The position numbers and the translations under genes are program-made. The notes below the pieces were generated by a model, which saw nothing but the letters and a program-made list of their open reading frames with translations, was not told the origin of the DNA and made no database searches. Shown here piece after piece: positions 9,192 through 19,542 of a stretch of 64,000 bases of DNA. Source of the DNA: Picochlorum sp. SENEW3 (Eukaryota); assembly GCA_034226945.1 (NCBI GenBank), contig CP120460.1:682001-746000 (forward strand), written 5' to 3'. Each line of letters begins with the position of its first letter. Within the stretch, counting starts at the first letter, position 1.

Positions 9192-11513
9192 ATGCCATGG
9201 CACTGCATGCTTGGTGGATTTGACATGGATTTGACTTTGACAGCCAGAATGCCTTTGATGGGGCGAATTTCATTATTTCATAAAAATATAGACATGCATA
9301 GAGGGCAATCGTATGGGATTGGGCCTGTGTTGGAGAGTAAAACTCTCAATAGGAATTGTTTTCTGGTACAAGACAGATGTAGGGTGGCAGCGTCTGGCAG
9401 GGGTGTCGGGTTTACGAATGCACAGAGCAATGCCTCAAGATACGTACAAAAAAGTCGAGAAGAAGACAACAAAGAAAAGGATCGCAGTGGCCTAGGTGGT
9501 TGGAATGGAAAGGGACTTCAGGAGCGATTGGAAAAGGCATTGCTGGTGGAGGCAGAGGAGGAGAAGAAGGCGTTGGAGGCTGCCCTGTTGAGAAGACGTG
9601 GACATGATGGGACATCGCATGTGGTTGTACTGGATGTAGGTGTGTCTCCTCAGGGTCGTTTATATTCTGATCTTCTGTGGAAGGTGTATAATAATAGACC
9701 CTGTGATGATTTGTCAGAGAGTGGCCGACAGAGTGGCCTACCACTCAAGGGTGGTAGTGTTGTGTTCTTGTGCAAGAATGATGGGAGCAAATCAAATCGT
9801 AGAGTTTCATTATCAGAGTCGATCGAAGCAAGCATTGTAGAGGTGACATCAACTCGGGAGATGTTGGTTGCCGTGTCTGCAGAGGATTCCATAGCGCTCT
9901 CATCGTGGAGCTGTGATGCAGATGTTAAAATTGACATGGTGAGTCAGGGTGGAAAAGGAGTGGGGTTGGATCGGCAGCTTCAAGCTGTCAGGAATCTGTC
10001 TCACAGGTTGGAAGGTGAGCGCAAGGGTGCGAGAGCGTTTCGGGCCATCATTCTTGGCTCTTCCAAGGCTGAGATGCTTGCATCTCAGCCTCCAGAATGG
10101 ATGGCGTCACCCGGCGCTGTGGAAGTCGCCAAGAAAGCACTGCAAGAACTGAAGAATTTGAATCCAAGTCAGAAAAGGGCGATTGTTGGTGCACTGTCTC
10201 GGTCTATGACACTATGGCAGGGGCCTCCAGGGACAGGAAAGACGAGGACATTGCTTGGGCTTTCGTATGTTTTGTCGTGTCTAGCTCGACACAGTCCTCG
10301 TCAAAAATCCAAGATTGGTAAGGTTCTTGCGGTTGCAGAGACAAACGCTGCGGCGGATAATTTAGTAGATGGTATGAGCTTGTTGGGTTTGAATGTTGTG
10401 AGAGTTGGCCCTGCGTCTAGGGTGCGGCCAGAGCTACGTCATCTTTGTTGGGAAGCAAAAGCAGAGCAGAGCCATGCGGGTCGAAGTGTGGCCCGAATGA
10501 GAGACATGTCGACAGAAATGTCAATTGAGGCAAAATCCCTGCGGGACAGTGGTGTGGTTGGGAGTCTGACACAAGCTCAGGAGCTGGAGCAAAGGGCACA
10601 ACAGTTGTGGAAGCGTGCTCAGGTGGAAATGATATCTGCAATGGATGCTGCCATGCTTGAATGTGATATTGTTGTATCTACATGCATTTCTGCAGGGGAC
10701 GCGAGACTCCAGGAGCACCAGTTTCGAATGGTCATCATTGATGAGGCAACGCAAGCCACAGAGCCATCAACATTGATTCCTTTGACAAGAGGCACAGAAT
10801 GCGTTGTGATGGCAGGAGATCACGCTCAGCTTCCTCCCACAATTATCTCTAAAGATGCAGAAAAGTTGGGTTTGAATATCTCGCTGTTTGCAAGGATGCA
10901 ACGCCTTGGACTGAAGTCCTTCTTGCTGGATACCCAGTATAGAATGCACCCTTCAATATCAGAATTTCCATCCATGGAGTTTTATGGAGGCAATGTGTCG
11001 ACAGGAATTCATCCAAGACTGAGACCTGTTGTTGAGGGAATAGAGATACACAAGGACATGCGGTATCCGCATGTTCAGTTTATAGAGTCTCAAGGCAGTG
11101 AAAGACGCAATGACAAGTCATTTAGCAATTCATCACAATGTGACATTGCTATCAACCTGGTCAAGAGCATTGCACAGGATGAGACCGTAAAAAATTGTGT
11201 TATTCTTACTCCATATAATGCGCATTTGAGTCTGGTTGCAGATCAAGCTGCAATATCGTGTCAGCATCTGGTGGATTCAGGGTGGCTCATGATGAGCAGT
11301 GTTGATGGATTTCAGGGTAGGGAGGCAGACGTAGTGATTTTTTGTACAGTCCGTTGCAATCCGAAAGGGTCCATAGGATTTTTGAAAGATGCTAGAAGAA
11401 TGAACGTTGCGATAACAAGGGCGAGAAGAGGATTGGTCGTCATTGGATCACGTGAGACGCTGTCATCTGATCCACTCTGGAGACGATGGATTGAATGGGT
11501 GCATGGCAATTAA
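9192..11513 (+). CDS. UPF1/DNA2-NAM7/IGHMBP2-like superfamily-1 helicase; true start uncertain, possible organellar transit peptide
   Basis: [54 protein letters not shown]. Confidence 0.88.
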   Translation: MPWHCMLGGFDMDLTLTARMPLMGRISLFHKNIDMHRGQSYGIGPVLESKTLNRNCFLVQDRCRVAASGRGVGFTNAQSNASRYVQKSREEDNKEKDRSGLGGWNGKGLQERLEKALLVEAEEEKKALEAALLRRRGHDGTSHVVVLDVGVSPQGRLYSDLLWKVYNNRPCDDLSESGRQSGLPLKGGSVVFLCKNDGSKSNRRVSLSESIEASIVEVTSTREMLVAVSAEDSIALSSWSCDADVKIDMVSQGGKGVGLDRQLQAVRNLSHRLEGERKGARAFRAIILGSSKAEMLASQPPEWMASPGAVEVAKKALQELKNLNPSQKRAIVGALSRSMTLWQGPPGTGKTRTLLGLSYVLSCLARHSPRQKSKIGKVLAVAETNAAADNLVDGMSLLGLNVVRVGPASRVRPELRHLCWEAKAEQSHAGRSVARMRDMSTEMSIEAKSLRDSGVVGSLTQAQELEQRAQQLWKRAQVEMISAMDAAMLECDIVVSTCISAGDARLQEHQFRMVIIDEATQATEPSTLIPLTRGTECVVMAGDHAQLPPTIISKDAEKLGLNISLFARMQRLGLKSFLLDTQYRMHPSISEFPSMEFYGGNVSTGIHPRLRPVVEGIEIHKDMRYPHVQFIESQGSERRNDKSFSNSSQCDIAINLVKSIAQDETVKNCVILTPYNAHLSLVADQAAISCQHLVDSGWLMMSSVDGFQGREADVVIFCTVRCNPKGSIGFLKDARRMNVAITRARRGLVVIGSRETLSSDPLWRRWIEWVHGN

Positions 11514-13222
11514 ATTTTATGATACACGAGTAGATATGGGCTATCATGCAGAACATTTTCTTCTCGAACTTTATAAATGTGCTCATCATTGAAATGTAGC
11601 CACACATTTCCATGTTGAAGGCCATGTGCTGTAAAATGGCCCCTTGCAATGGACTGACCATGGTGGGAGATTGTAGAAACTAATTTGTAAGCTGCCTGCC
11701 TATCTTTGCTCCCTGAGGTGAGCCATGAGCTCTTTATATTTAGTGTATCCTCGAAACGGATCTTCTTATTTAATTTTTCTGTTGAACCTGTGAATTGAAA
11801 TCTCATCAAGTGAAAAATCAACACCGGTGGCAACTTGTGAAACCTTTCAGACTTGTTTGCATCGCAAGGTACATCCTGTCCCCTTGGCCTATAGCCTGAT
11901 AACACCTCTGTTGCGGTCAATGAGTCCAAAGCTCCACTCAAACTATCAATGTTGGGGTCAAATAAAGGGATTTCGACGATCAGGAATGGATGCATTGTGA
12001 CTGATGGCGGATTGCCTCTGCTGGAAACACTTGTTGACTGCATCCCTTCAAACAATTCTGTAATCAACGTGTTATGAGTAGAAACCTCTGGACGAATAAC
12101 CTGTTGCTTTACTGCCCGCTTACCCGATTTTGTAAGCCATCCATCTGCATCATTTGATGCATCCTGTTGGGCCAGTATACCATTGCTCACAGTGCCACCA
12201 TCAGCATCCAAGCCTTGCTGCAGTGCCAGCATTTCCTGATGCATTGCATCCAACAGGGAGTGAAGAAACTCGTGCGCATCTTCCTGCTCTACTTGCCTCT
12301 TTTTATCTGCCCCTTTATATCGAATTCTAAACGACTCGTGAATTAGGCTAGTCACAACACCCACATTAATTGAGTCTGACCGACTGGTGTGTCCATCTTT
12401 CAAATCATCTACTTGTTCATCCTGGACTGCCTCGAATCGGAACTCGCGTGCTAAAACCGACATACTTTTCAACACAGGATATTCTTTAGATTTTATTGAT
12501 GGTGCAGCTCTCCGCAGCGTGTAAAATATCTGGCAAAAGGATGGACATGCCAACAATGCTTGAATCACAGAACTTGCAAAGCAAATATTCCCTGGATTAT
12601 AAATCCCTTTGGGCACTACCATATATTGGGCACTGTACTGAATATCTTCAAAAGATTTTGACAGCCTCAATAAGGCATTTTCGGACTGCTCGGACGGGTC
12701 TTCATGATTATTATTATTATCAGCATCATCATCAGAAACAATGCTGTGGTCTTTACTTGTTTCCTCCTCACTGACAAGGCCCATATTTCTCACAGACTCA
12801 CATACGTCTTCTTTCATCGTTCCCGAAAACTCGTACGTCGTCCCAATGATTGCTTTCGTCTCTTCTGCCTTGCTCCACGCATTTGCCGGAGGCGCTGAGA
12901 AAATAGCAGGGTGTTTCTTTTTCTGTTCCTTCTCTTTCTTCTTGGTTTGCTGCTGCAAGGTACCCTTTGCCCCACTGCACCCATTCTCGTGGATTTTATC
13001 ATTCTTGTTTGTTTTTCTCCTTCTCTGAGACTGCCGCTTCGCCTTATTTCCAGGTGGGCTTGGAGCGTCGTTAACTGCCGAGGGCTGCGGTCTATTATCC
13101 TTCGATGATCCATGTTCAACCCTCAAAGGTGACGTATTACAACTTTTATCAGTACACTTTGCACTTATATGCGACTCAGGCGCGACCAGAGCCGCCCATG
13201 ACTTGGTCTGGCTGTCTTCCAT
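11510..13222 (-). CDS. Ubiquitin-specific protease (USP10/UBP3/UBP24-like)
   Basis: Cys box GIYNPGNICFASSVIQAL, QEDAHEF, His box HHGQSIARGHF, WLHFND. First ATG at 13222 (MEDSQTKSWAAL). Confidence 0.88.
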   Translation of the reverse strand: MEDSQTKSWAALVAPESHISAKCTDKSCNTSPLRVEHGSSKDNRPQPSAVNDAPSPPGNKAKRQSQRRRKTNKNDKIHENGCSGAKGTLQQQTKKKEKEQKKKHPAIFSAPPANAWSKAEETKAIIGTTYEFSGTMKEDVCESVRNMGLVSEEETSKDHSIVSDDDADNNNNHEDPSEQSENALLRLSKSFEDIQYSAQYMVVPKGIYNPGNICFASSVIQALLACPSFCQIFYTLRRAAPSIKSKEYPVLKSMSVLAREFRFEAVQDEQVDDLKDGHTSRSDSINVGVVTSLIHESFRIRYKGADKKRQVEQEDAHEFLHSLLDAMHQEMLALQQGLDADGGTVSNGILAQQDASNDADGWLTKSGKRAVKQQVIRPEVSTHNTLITELFEGMQSTSVSSRGNPPSVTMHPFLIVEIPLFDPNIDSLSGALDSLTATEVLSGYRPRGQDVPCDANKSERFHKLPPVLIFHLMRFQFTGSTEKLNKKIRFEDTLNIKSSWLTSGSKDRQAAYKLVSTISHHGQSIARGHFTAHGLQHGNVWLHFNDEHIYKVREENVLHDSPYLLVYHKI

Positions 13223-13583
13223 GCCTAGTACACTTGACGAGTTGAACCAGTTGAAATTCAAGAAGGGCTAATACTCAATTTCCATAGAAACCCATCTTTA
13301 AAAATCCATAATGTTTTGTTTGAATGCATTTTGGTTAGGAATGTATGCAGCAAGGCGAGATGAGAATGGAATGAAAGCAAGCATCTCCAGATGCTATGAT
13401 ATTAAGGAAAACAAGCGGCTATTTTTGTAAGATTCTGAAGGAAAACGGTGCGACGAGCAGTCAAATCTTCATATAAATTTATTCTTCAATGACTTAATGG
13501 CTGATTTAGCAAATCGATCTCGTTTGGATGCGGCATAACTTTTAAAAAGTTGGTCACTCTGCAGCCCGCAGAAAGGCACCGGC

Positions 13584-16571
13584 ATGGATATTTCCTCTGA
13601 TGAGACAAATAATAGATCAAGTCCTCTGATAGTTTCACCAGCAGCAGCGCGGCGTCTTCATCTGATCATGGGAGATCGCCAGCAAGATTTCCCTCTCGGC
13701 GGGACGGCATTTAGTAACTTACCAGGACTGCGCCAAGAAGAGCCATTCATGAACGGAAATACTGAAGATGCAGATGGACATGGTGTTTTTGTGATGGAAT
13801 GCAACGCCATGATATTAGGAGAAGCATGCTCTGCCGACCTGAAAGACTCTGTAACCCAGGGTGCTGAATGTAGGAACTATCTACATGATTGTGTGGCATA
13901 TGCTCATGTTTTGGACAGGCTGGGGGTGCAGTCTGGCGACTTGGTAGAAATTTCAAATCCAGAAAGGCCAAGTATATCTCCTCGGGTGTCTCGCATTTGG
14001 ACTGCTGGGGATGACTGCGTCATCAAGGGTGACGTTGCTATTTCCCCCTATCTTGGATATAATATTGGCATTGCATACCACTTGGCACCGTTTTTCAAAT
14101 TGAGAGAAAGAGAATTATCTAAAGAAATGTTCAAGGTCAATATTTCAAAGTTTGTTGAACGAAAGACATCTCAGGAAGAGGTTGCAATGGCACAGATCTG
14201 TAATCCTAGTACGGGGTCTGTTCAGGTTCAATTGGCAACATCCTTGGGACTTAAAGCAATTCGAGAGCCCGACGCGAGCGGCGATTTTCTTCCAGAGGTA
14301 GAGGATGATGGAGGCGAGCATGGGAAATCTACTCAGGGTGTGCAAGAGCCTGAAGAAGAAACAGCTGCTCAGTGTATTGAAAATTACTTTGGTGGTCGCA
14401 TTCAGATTGTGAGTCTGGGTGACGTTATCGCCATCCCAGTCCCTTCGGCGTCTATTAAAGATCCTGGCTTGGTGATATCGGCAATAAATGCGCCTTTAAC
14501 GACAGAAAGCGACCTGTCTGATATCAATGCAGCCTCTGTTGGAGTACAGAGAGTATTATATTTTAAAGTGACGAGTCTCAAGCCATCCTCGCCGCTTATT
14601 CTCGCCGTGGACTCGGAGCAAACTACAATCAATTTAGAAGGAGTAACAAATTCTGGGTACCCTGTTGGTGCTCTAGGGTATATGTTTGGGAGAAAAGAGA
14701 GTTCGTGCCTGGGATGGTGTGCACACGCATCCTGGATGAATCCTGCATCTGTCACCCTGCCATACATTGGAAGGCTTTTACCTCTATGGGAAAAGATTGC
14801 GTCAATTGTCTCATGCACAATGCATCCTTCTTCTTTAAACATTCGCATGAGAACGTCGATTCTGTTGCATGGGCCACATGGTGCTGGTAAGCGAGTTGCC
14901 GCCAGAGCAGCATCGGCTGCTTTGGGCATTCACTTTCTCTCAATTTCTTGCGAGGATATCCGACCTGAGGGCTTGCCGGATGACAAGGTGGTTGAGGCCC
15001 TCGAAGCAGTGATGTCTATTTCCTCTCAGTATAAACCTGTGATTCTCTTTTTGAGGGATATCAATGTCTTGGCACAGCCAGGTGCGCCAACTGCCGAGTC
15101 ACAAGCAGCTCGGGTTGGAGCTGCACTGTTTCGCTGCATATTAAAAGGACTAGGAGATGGTGTCACCAGTAGCGACAGCGGTCCACTATCATTGGATCAT
15201 GAACCTTCTTTTCCATCCCGGATATTCATTATCGGTACTGCATCGGATATTGATGCTGTGGATCCTAGCATTCGACGGTGTTTCACACACGAGTTGGAGG
15301 CAGATGCTCCAGAATCACAAGAACGCCGTCTCTTACTCGAATCATATTTCGGGCAGATCCGTCAGCACATAGCAGAAGATACACTTGATGATATCGTTCA
15401 GCATACGGCTGGTCTCATGCCCTTGGAGCTAAAGAATGTTGCAGCTGAAGCCTGTGCTTCTGCCACCCTTGCTCTCCATCAGGACGATGTGGCCAAGATG
15501 GTGGCTCCCCGCTCCACCACCGAGCCCAAAGAGGATGATGGACAGGTGGATGACTCAAAAATCAAACTTCCTCCATTTACACGATCATGTGTTGACAGCG
15601 CCATCGTATCAGTCAGACAAAAGACAGCCACAGATATTGGAGCGCCCAAGATTCCAAATGTCCAGTGGAACGATGTCGGTGGCTTGGAGGACGTGAAACT
15701 CGGCATTCTGGATACAGGTACGTACATACGATAGAGATTTCTTATTATATTGAATGCAGACTGTTAACTCGCATTTTGCTTTGCAGTGGAACTTCCGCTG
15801 AAACATCCTGAATTATTTGCTGGAGGATTACGCCGCAGATCAGGAGTTTTGCTCTATGGTCCACCTGGAACAGGCAAGACTTTATTGGCCAAGGCAGTTG
15901 CTACAGAATGCTCTGTCAACTTCCTGTCCATTAAAGGTCCTGAACTCATCAACATGTACGTCGGAGAGAGCGAACGGCTCGTCAGGGATGTTTTCATACG
16001 GGCAAGGAGGGCCAAACCATGTGTCATATTTTTTGATGAATTAGACAGTTTGGCACCCGCGAGAGGCCGAGGGTCTGATTCGGGCGGTATTATGGATCGA
16101 GTAGTATCTCAACTCTTGGCAGAAATAGATTCTGCGCAAAGTGGAAGCGGCAGTGACGACGTTTTCATCATTGGTGCCACAAACAGACCAGATTTGCTTG
16201 ATCCTGCCCTTTTGAGACCTGGAAGACTGGATAGGTTGTTGTACGTCGGCATTGCGTCTGAAAAAGAAGATAGAAGAAAAGTACTTGAGGCGCTCACACG
16301 TAAATTCGTACTGGAGCAAGACGTAGACCTTGACAGTGTAGCAGAGGCATGCCCCTCGCGATTGACAGGGGCAGACATGTATGGCCTATGCAGCAAAGCA
16401 TGGATGAGTGCATTCAAACGAACGGTAACTGAGGATCAGGATGCTACACGCGTATCAGTAAAACAAGAGGACTTTCTATCATGCGTAGCATCAATAACAC
16501 CAAGCCTCACGGTAGAAGATGTTGCTCGCTACGAGGCGATTAGAAACGAGTACAACACTGGGACACGATGA
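13584..16571 (+). CDS. PEX6: Peroxisomal AAA ATPase PEX6
   Basis: Degenerate D1, then [17 protein letters not shown]...[15 protein letters not shown]...[26 protein letters not shown]; 69-nt intron 15718-15786. Confidence 0.92.
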
Positions 16572-16670
16572 TGATTGTCAGGCTTGAATGATTGATGAAA
16601 TACTTGTTTCGATCCACCATACTCTCCGATATAATTTTACATAACATGGTACTATACAATTCACATACTT

Positions 16671-17483
16671 TTACGCGCAAATCTCATACGTGAGACCGAT
16701 ACTCCCCTCAACTTTCTGTGTGCCTGTAGATACAACAGTGGTCTTTTCAGGAGACAGCCCGACATCGTTAGCAGCCATCGCCGCGTAAGGCTGATATGGT
16801 GGATAAAACGAGTCCGTTATATACGTAACAGCTCCAAGAGCAGCCCCGATAGACTTTGCTAGAGTTGCCGCTGTAGTTGCTGCGTGATTGACGGCTTCCT
16901 CCCTCAAGGCATTTTGAATTTCTCTCAACAGCCCATCAGACACATAAAATTGTGTGTCAGTAATCTCCACATTATTTCCCCCAGCACCAATCACAGCATC
17001 AATAACATCAGACACATTTCCACTCGCACTTCGAACCATCATTGATTGTGAATACGTATAATTTGACACGGCCGTATTCCTTGTATCCTCATAATTGGGC
17101 TGGACAAGAAATGCAGTCGTCGTAATATCAGTATCATTCAGAAATGCGAGGTCCATCAATGCCCCCATGATACCATTAGAAACCGTATCACCTTCACTAC
17201 TTGCTCCCGCAAGTGTATCCTCCGTCGCAAACACCCTGAATGTCACAACACCCGTATCAGGCTCGGCAAGCCTCTGAGCAGTACCGGTCACGGAAAACTG
17301 CCCAGTCACATTTGTCCCTTCCGGACACAATCTGCCCTGAACATTCGGAATATAGTTCTGTGCAGACACAGTATGTACTTGGAGAATGAAAATGCTCACA
17401 AAACCAAGGAGGAGAACTCGGAACCGCGTTGTAACACGTGGCACTTGGCAGTTCCATGTCCTGGTGGTACCATTGCTGCTCAT
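16671..17483 (-). CDS. Secreted SIMPL/DUF541 (YggE/BP26-like) protein
   Basis: Signal-like hydrophobic N-terminus; 'SVTGTAQRLAEPD', 'DITT...VQPNY', 'VIDAVIGAGGN', 'REEAVNHA...A..LAKSIG..LG.V' match the SIMPL pattern. Confidence 0.75.
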   Translation of the reverse strand: MSSNGTTRTWNCQVPRVTTRFRVLLLGFVSIFILQVHTVSAQNYIPNVQGRLCPEGTNVTGQFSVTGTAQRLAEPDTGVVTFRVFATEDTLAGASSEGDTVSNGIMGALMDLAFLNDTDITTTAFLVQPNYEDTRNTAVSNYTYSQSMMVRSASGNVSDVIDAVIGAGGNNVEITDTQFYVSDGLLREIQNALREEAVNHAATTAATLAKSIGAALGAVTYITDSFYPPYQPYAAMAANDVGLSPEKTTVVSTGTQKVEGSIGLTYEICA

Positions 17484-17713
17484 CAGTATCTTCTTAATCA
17501 CTCGAAGAACCTATATATTTATTTCGGAATTCAATAGGGTTTTTTATCGATATACATTGTAGTTAGTTGAAGTACTACATGCACTACTATTTTCCAGCTG
17601 TCATCATTTCAAGATCTTGGATTGACCAACATCTGCCATGATTTTCAATAGCTGCAAACACATGCATGGTGTAATTGTACCTCCACGGCAATATCATGAA
17701 GGATGACTTGAAT

Positions 17714-19096
17714 TCATTCAAATAGCGTCGATACTGGAATAATGTCACTACTCTCGTCCAAAGCCTGACTTCCATGGGCTCGAATTTCCTTGATATCCGA
17801 TGCAATTGTTGCACAAATCCTTTCAAGTGGGAGAACCGAAAATGGCTCTTCAATAATAACACCGATTTCCTCCACCCCAAGAGTCAACAACGATATTGCC
17901 ACAGAGAGGGGTATCATGCCCCATCCACATGATTCCCACAATGCGAATGGCAACAGACTAAGCCAAATGATCATAAACCTAGAAGTGTGTCGAGTGTAAG
18001 ACAGAGGAATAGGTGTCCTTAAAATACGTTCACAGGACCCACATATATCTTCCAACTGTGTGATATTTGAATCCATACTTTGTAAGATCATATCAGACCT
18101 CATGTTCATCTCTGATAGCCTTCGAACCAGCATGGACAGCACTTGAATAGCATACATGGGTTTATGCCGTACTCGTGACAGGGCATCAAGCTCGTTCTCG
18201 TGCAATATTTCAAGCTGTCGAAGCTTCTCAACAGCATCTTCATTCTCTCTTAAATGACACTTAAGGCAATATGAGAACGCTACCACCCACCGACACAACA
18301 TCCCAGCATACATGTGACCAGTTGACTCATCATCGGATTGCGGTAACCAGGTCAGGCCTTGCCGAACAATATCTCGACTTCTATTCGTCAGCAAACCCCA
18401 GTTTTTCCTCGCATCGAGCCATCTAGAATACGAAGAATTGGTCCTAAAAACAAGCAAGAGACCCAAGATACTCGACGTAAGGGACATGGGAAGTGCAGAG
18501 TTTAGAAAGAGCACATCTTTCAATCCCTCTGGAATCACAAGCACTTCATAGTGAAGCAACTCATGCCCAATCGCCACCACTGTCGCCAGCATTGCCACAG
18601 AAACTAACGGTATAGACAACCCACGGACGAGCCTACTGTCAAATATCCCGGATATATGCCGCAGGTACCGAGTTGTTGCCCGATGCTCAGCCCAATTATC
18701 AAAGTCAAAGACTGTCCTAAACAGTTTCCTCGAAGATTCTTTGTACTCATCACGGGAGTATATCCTTTTAACATTCCGTCGTCTCTTTGAGTACAAGTCA
18801 AAGTCATCCCCACTACTCACAGTCGAGCTGTGATACAGTTCTGTGATATCTCCCACCCCCAAGTGTGTGTGTCTCCAAAAGCCTGGCTCATCTGTTTGAA
18901 ATGAATTCTCCGCCTCTGTTATGACCATGCATCGTTTATTGATACAGGGTTTTTTGTCACCATATGTGTGCAATCTCGAATGCAAATGTGTCCGCATTCT
19001 CATGTATGAGTTGGCCGAGCCCGCATTGTGACATGTCAACAACATGTCTGTGCTCAGAGAACGCAAGGGTTTGTTCTCTAAGAATCTCATTTTCAT
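17714..19096 (-). CDS. Chloroplast bestrophin-like anion channel (UPF0187/VCCN/BST family)
   Basis: LLLVFRTNSSYSRWLDAR, CERILRTPIPLSYTRHTSRF, EEIGVIIEEPF; transit-peptide-like N-terminus. Confidence 0.9.
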   Translation of the reverse strand: MKMRFLENKPLRSLSTDMLLTCHNAGSANSYMRMRTHLHSRLHTYGDKKPCINKRCMVITEAENSFQTDEPGFWRHTHLGVGDITELYHSSTVSSGDDFDLYSKRRRNVKRIYSRDEYKESSRKLFRTVFDFDNWAEHRATTRYLRHISGIFDSRLVRGLSIPLVSVAMLATVVAIGHELLHYEVLVIPEGLKDVLFLNSALPMSLTSSILGLLLVFRTNSSYSRWLDARKNWGLLTNRSRDIVRQGLTWLPQSDDESTGHMYAGMLCRWVVAFSYCLKCHLRENEDAVEKLRQLEILHENELDALSRVRHKPMYAIQVLSMLVRRLSEMNMRSDMILQSMDSNITQLEDICGSCERILRTPIPLSYTRHTSRFMIIWLSLLPFALWESCGWGMIPLSVAISLLTLGVEEIGVIIEEPFSVLPLERICATIASDIKEIRAHGSQALDESSDIIPVSTLFE

Positions 19097-19542
19097 AGGA
19101 AGAACTGATATCGAAATTGATGCATTATTTATTTCGATTCAATGTGGAAAGGTAATGCGTGGTCACAATCGATACACGTGCAATGCTTCTTTATTGCAAA
19201 GATCCTCATGATGGTGGGTGGCGCCAACTGGCCTTCAGGCAAGCTGAAGGCATCACCCCATTCTGATGTGACACCAGGATTCTACATTCGATACAGAGAT
19301 GAATACCTGACAACGTACGTGTCTATCTAAAGAATTCAGATGTTCCATAATATCTCTCGTTGGTGGTGACAAGTACTAGTAGCATTGGTAGTAGTTGGAC
19401 AACACTAGTAGTACTACTGGCCTCGCCTAGGCGACAGGCCTGTCGTCATCTCCTCAACATCGGAATGAGATGGGTCCGTCTAGAACTCGAGCAGGCAAAA
19501 CCCAATCTTCCACCCCATTAAATTTTATAAACATTACTTGCT

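Noticed and set aside
4745..16571. Two nearby CDC48-family AAA genes as a tandem duplication
   Set aside because: They belong to ancient distinct subfamilies (AFG2/SPATA5 and PEX6).
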